Source: Chiloscyllium plagiosum
Lineage: Eukaryota
Assembly: GCF_004010195.1 (NCBI RefSeq)
Contig: NC_057718.1
Span: 79,189,852-79,239,376, forward strand
Direction of reading: 5' to 3'
Length of the DNA: 49,525 nucleotides
Both the position numbers and the translations under genes were made by a program. Position 1 is the stretch's first letter; every line of letters begins with the position of its first letter. Positions 49,395 through 49,525 of the stretch are shown one piece after another. The notes under the pieces are model-generated. The model was not told where the DNA came from. It saw nothing but the letters and a program-made list of their open reading frames with translations, and did not search any database.

Positions 49395-49525
49395 AAAGGG
49401 ATTCAGATCTAGATGGACTTCAGTAAGGCGTTCGACAAGGTTCCCCATGGGAAACTGATTCGCTAGGTTAGATCTCATGCAATACAGGGAGAACTAGCCA
49501 TTTGGATACAGAACTGGCTCAAAGG
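49395..49525 (+). mobile_element. Young CR1 RT fragment running off the window end
   Basis: atggacttcagtaaggcgttcgacaaggttccccatggg translates as MDFSKAFDKVPHG, continuing to IQGELAIWIQNWL. Confidence 0.82.

Noticed and set aside
35157..49525. Search for the next upstream AGPAT4 exon (expected ...VYDxTLNFR...KKYHADxxVR)
   Set aside because: No matching minus-strand segment with splice sites was found by eye; it probably lies beyond the window.

Overview
Eukaryotic, AT-rich, repeat-dense vertebrate genomic DNA. The repeat content (HE1/V-SINE-like SINEs, abundant CR1 LINEs, Penelope-like elements) points to a shark or other elasmobranch; this is an inference. The only host gene I can support is the 3' part of AGPAT4 (LPAAT-delta) on the minus strand. 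Three coding exons (35081-35156, 28328-28526, 1603-1691) have canonical GT/AG sites and matching phases, with a ~26.6 kb last intron and a 3' UTR running toward position 1. The rest is intronic and filled with decayed CR1, L2, Rex1/Babar and other CR1-group LINEs, tRNA-derived SINEs, a Tigger-like MITE and possible Harbinger remnants. Most notable are at least four distinct Penelope-like-element (PLE) families carrying minimal hammerhead-ribozyme motifs. One is a ~200-bp fold-back insertion (42678-42879) with a 15-bp target-site duplication and an intact hammerhead core at the tip of a 64-bp hairpin. There are two assembly gaps. Nearly all ORFs in the supplied track are spurious or TE-derived. 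Repeat boundaries are approximate and family names come from recognition, not from a database search. I did not find a convincingly new protein-coding system.
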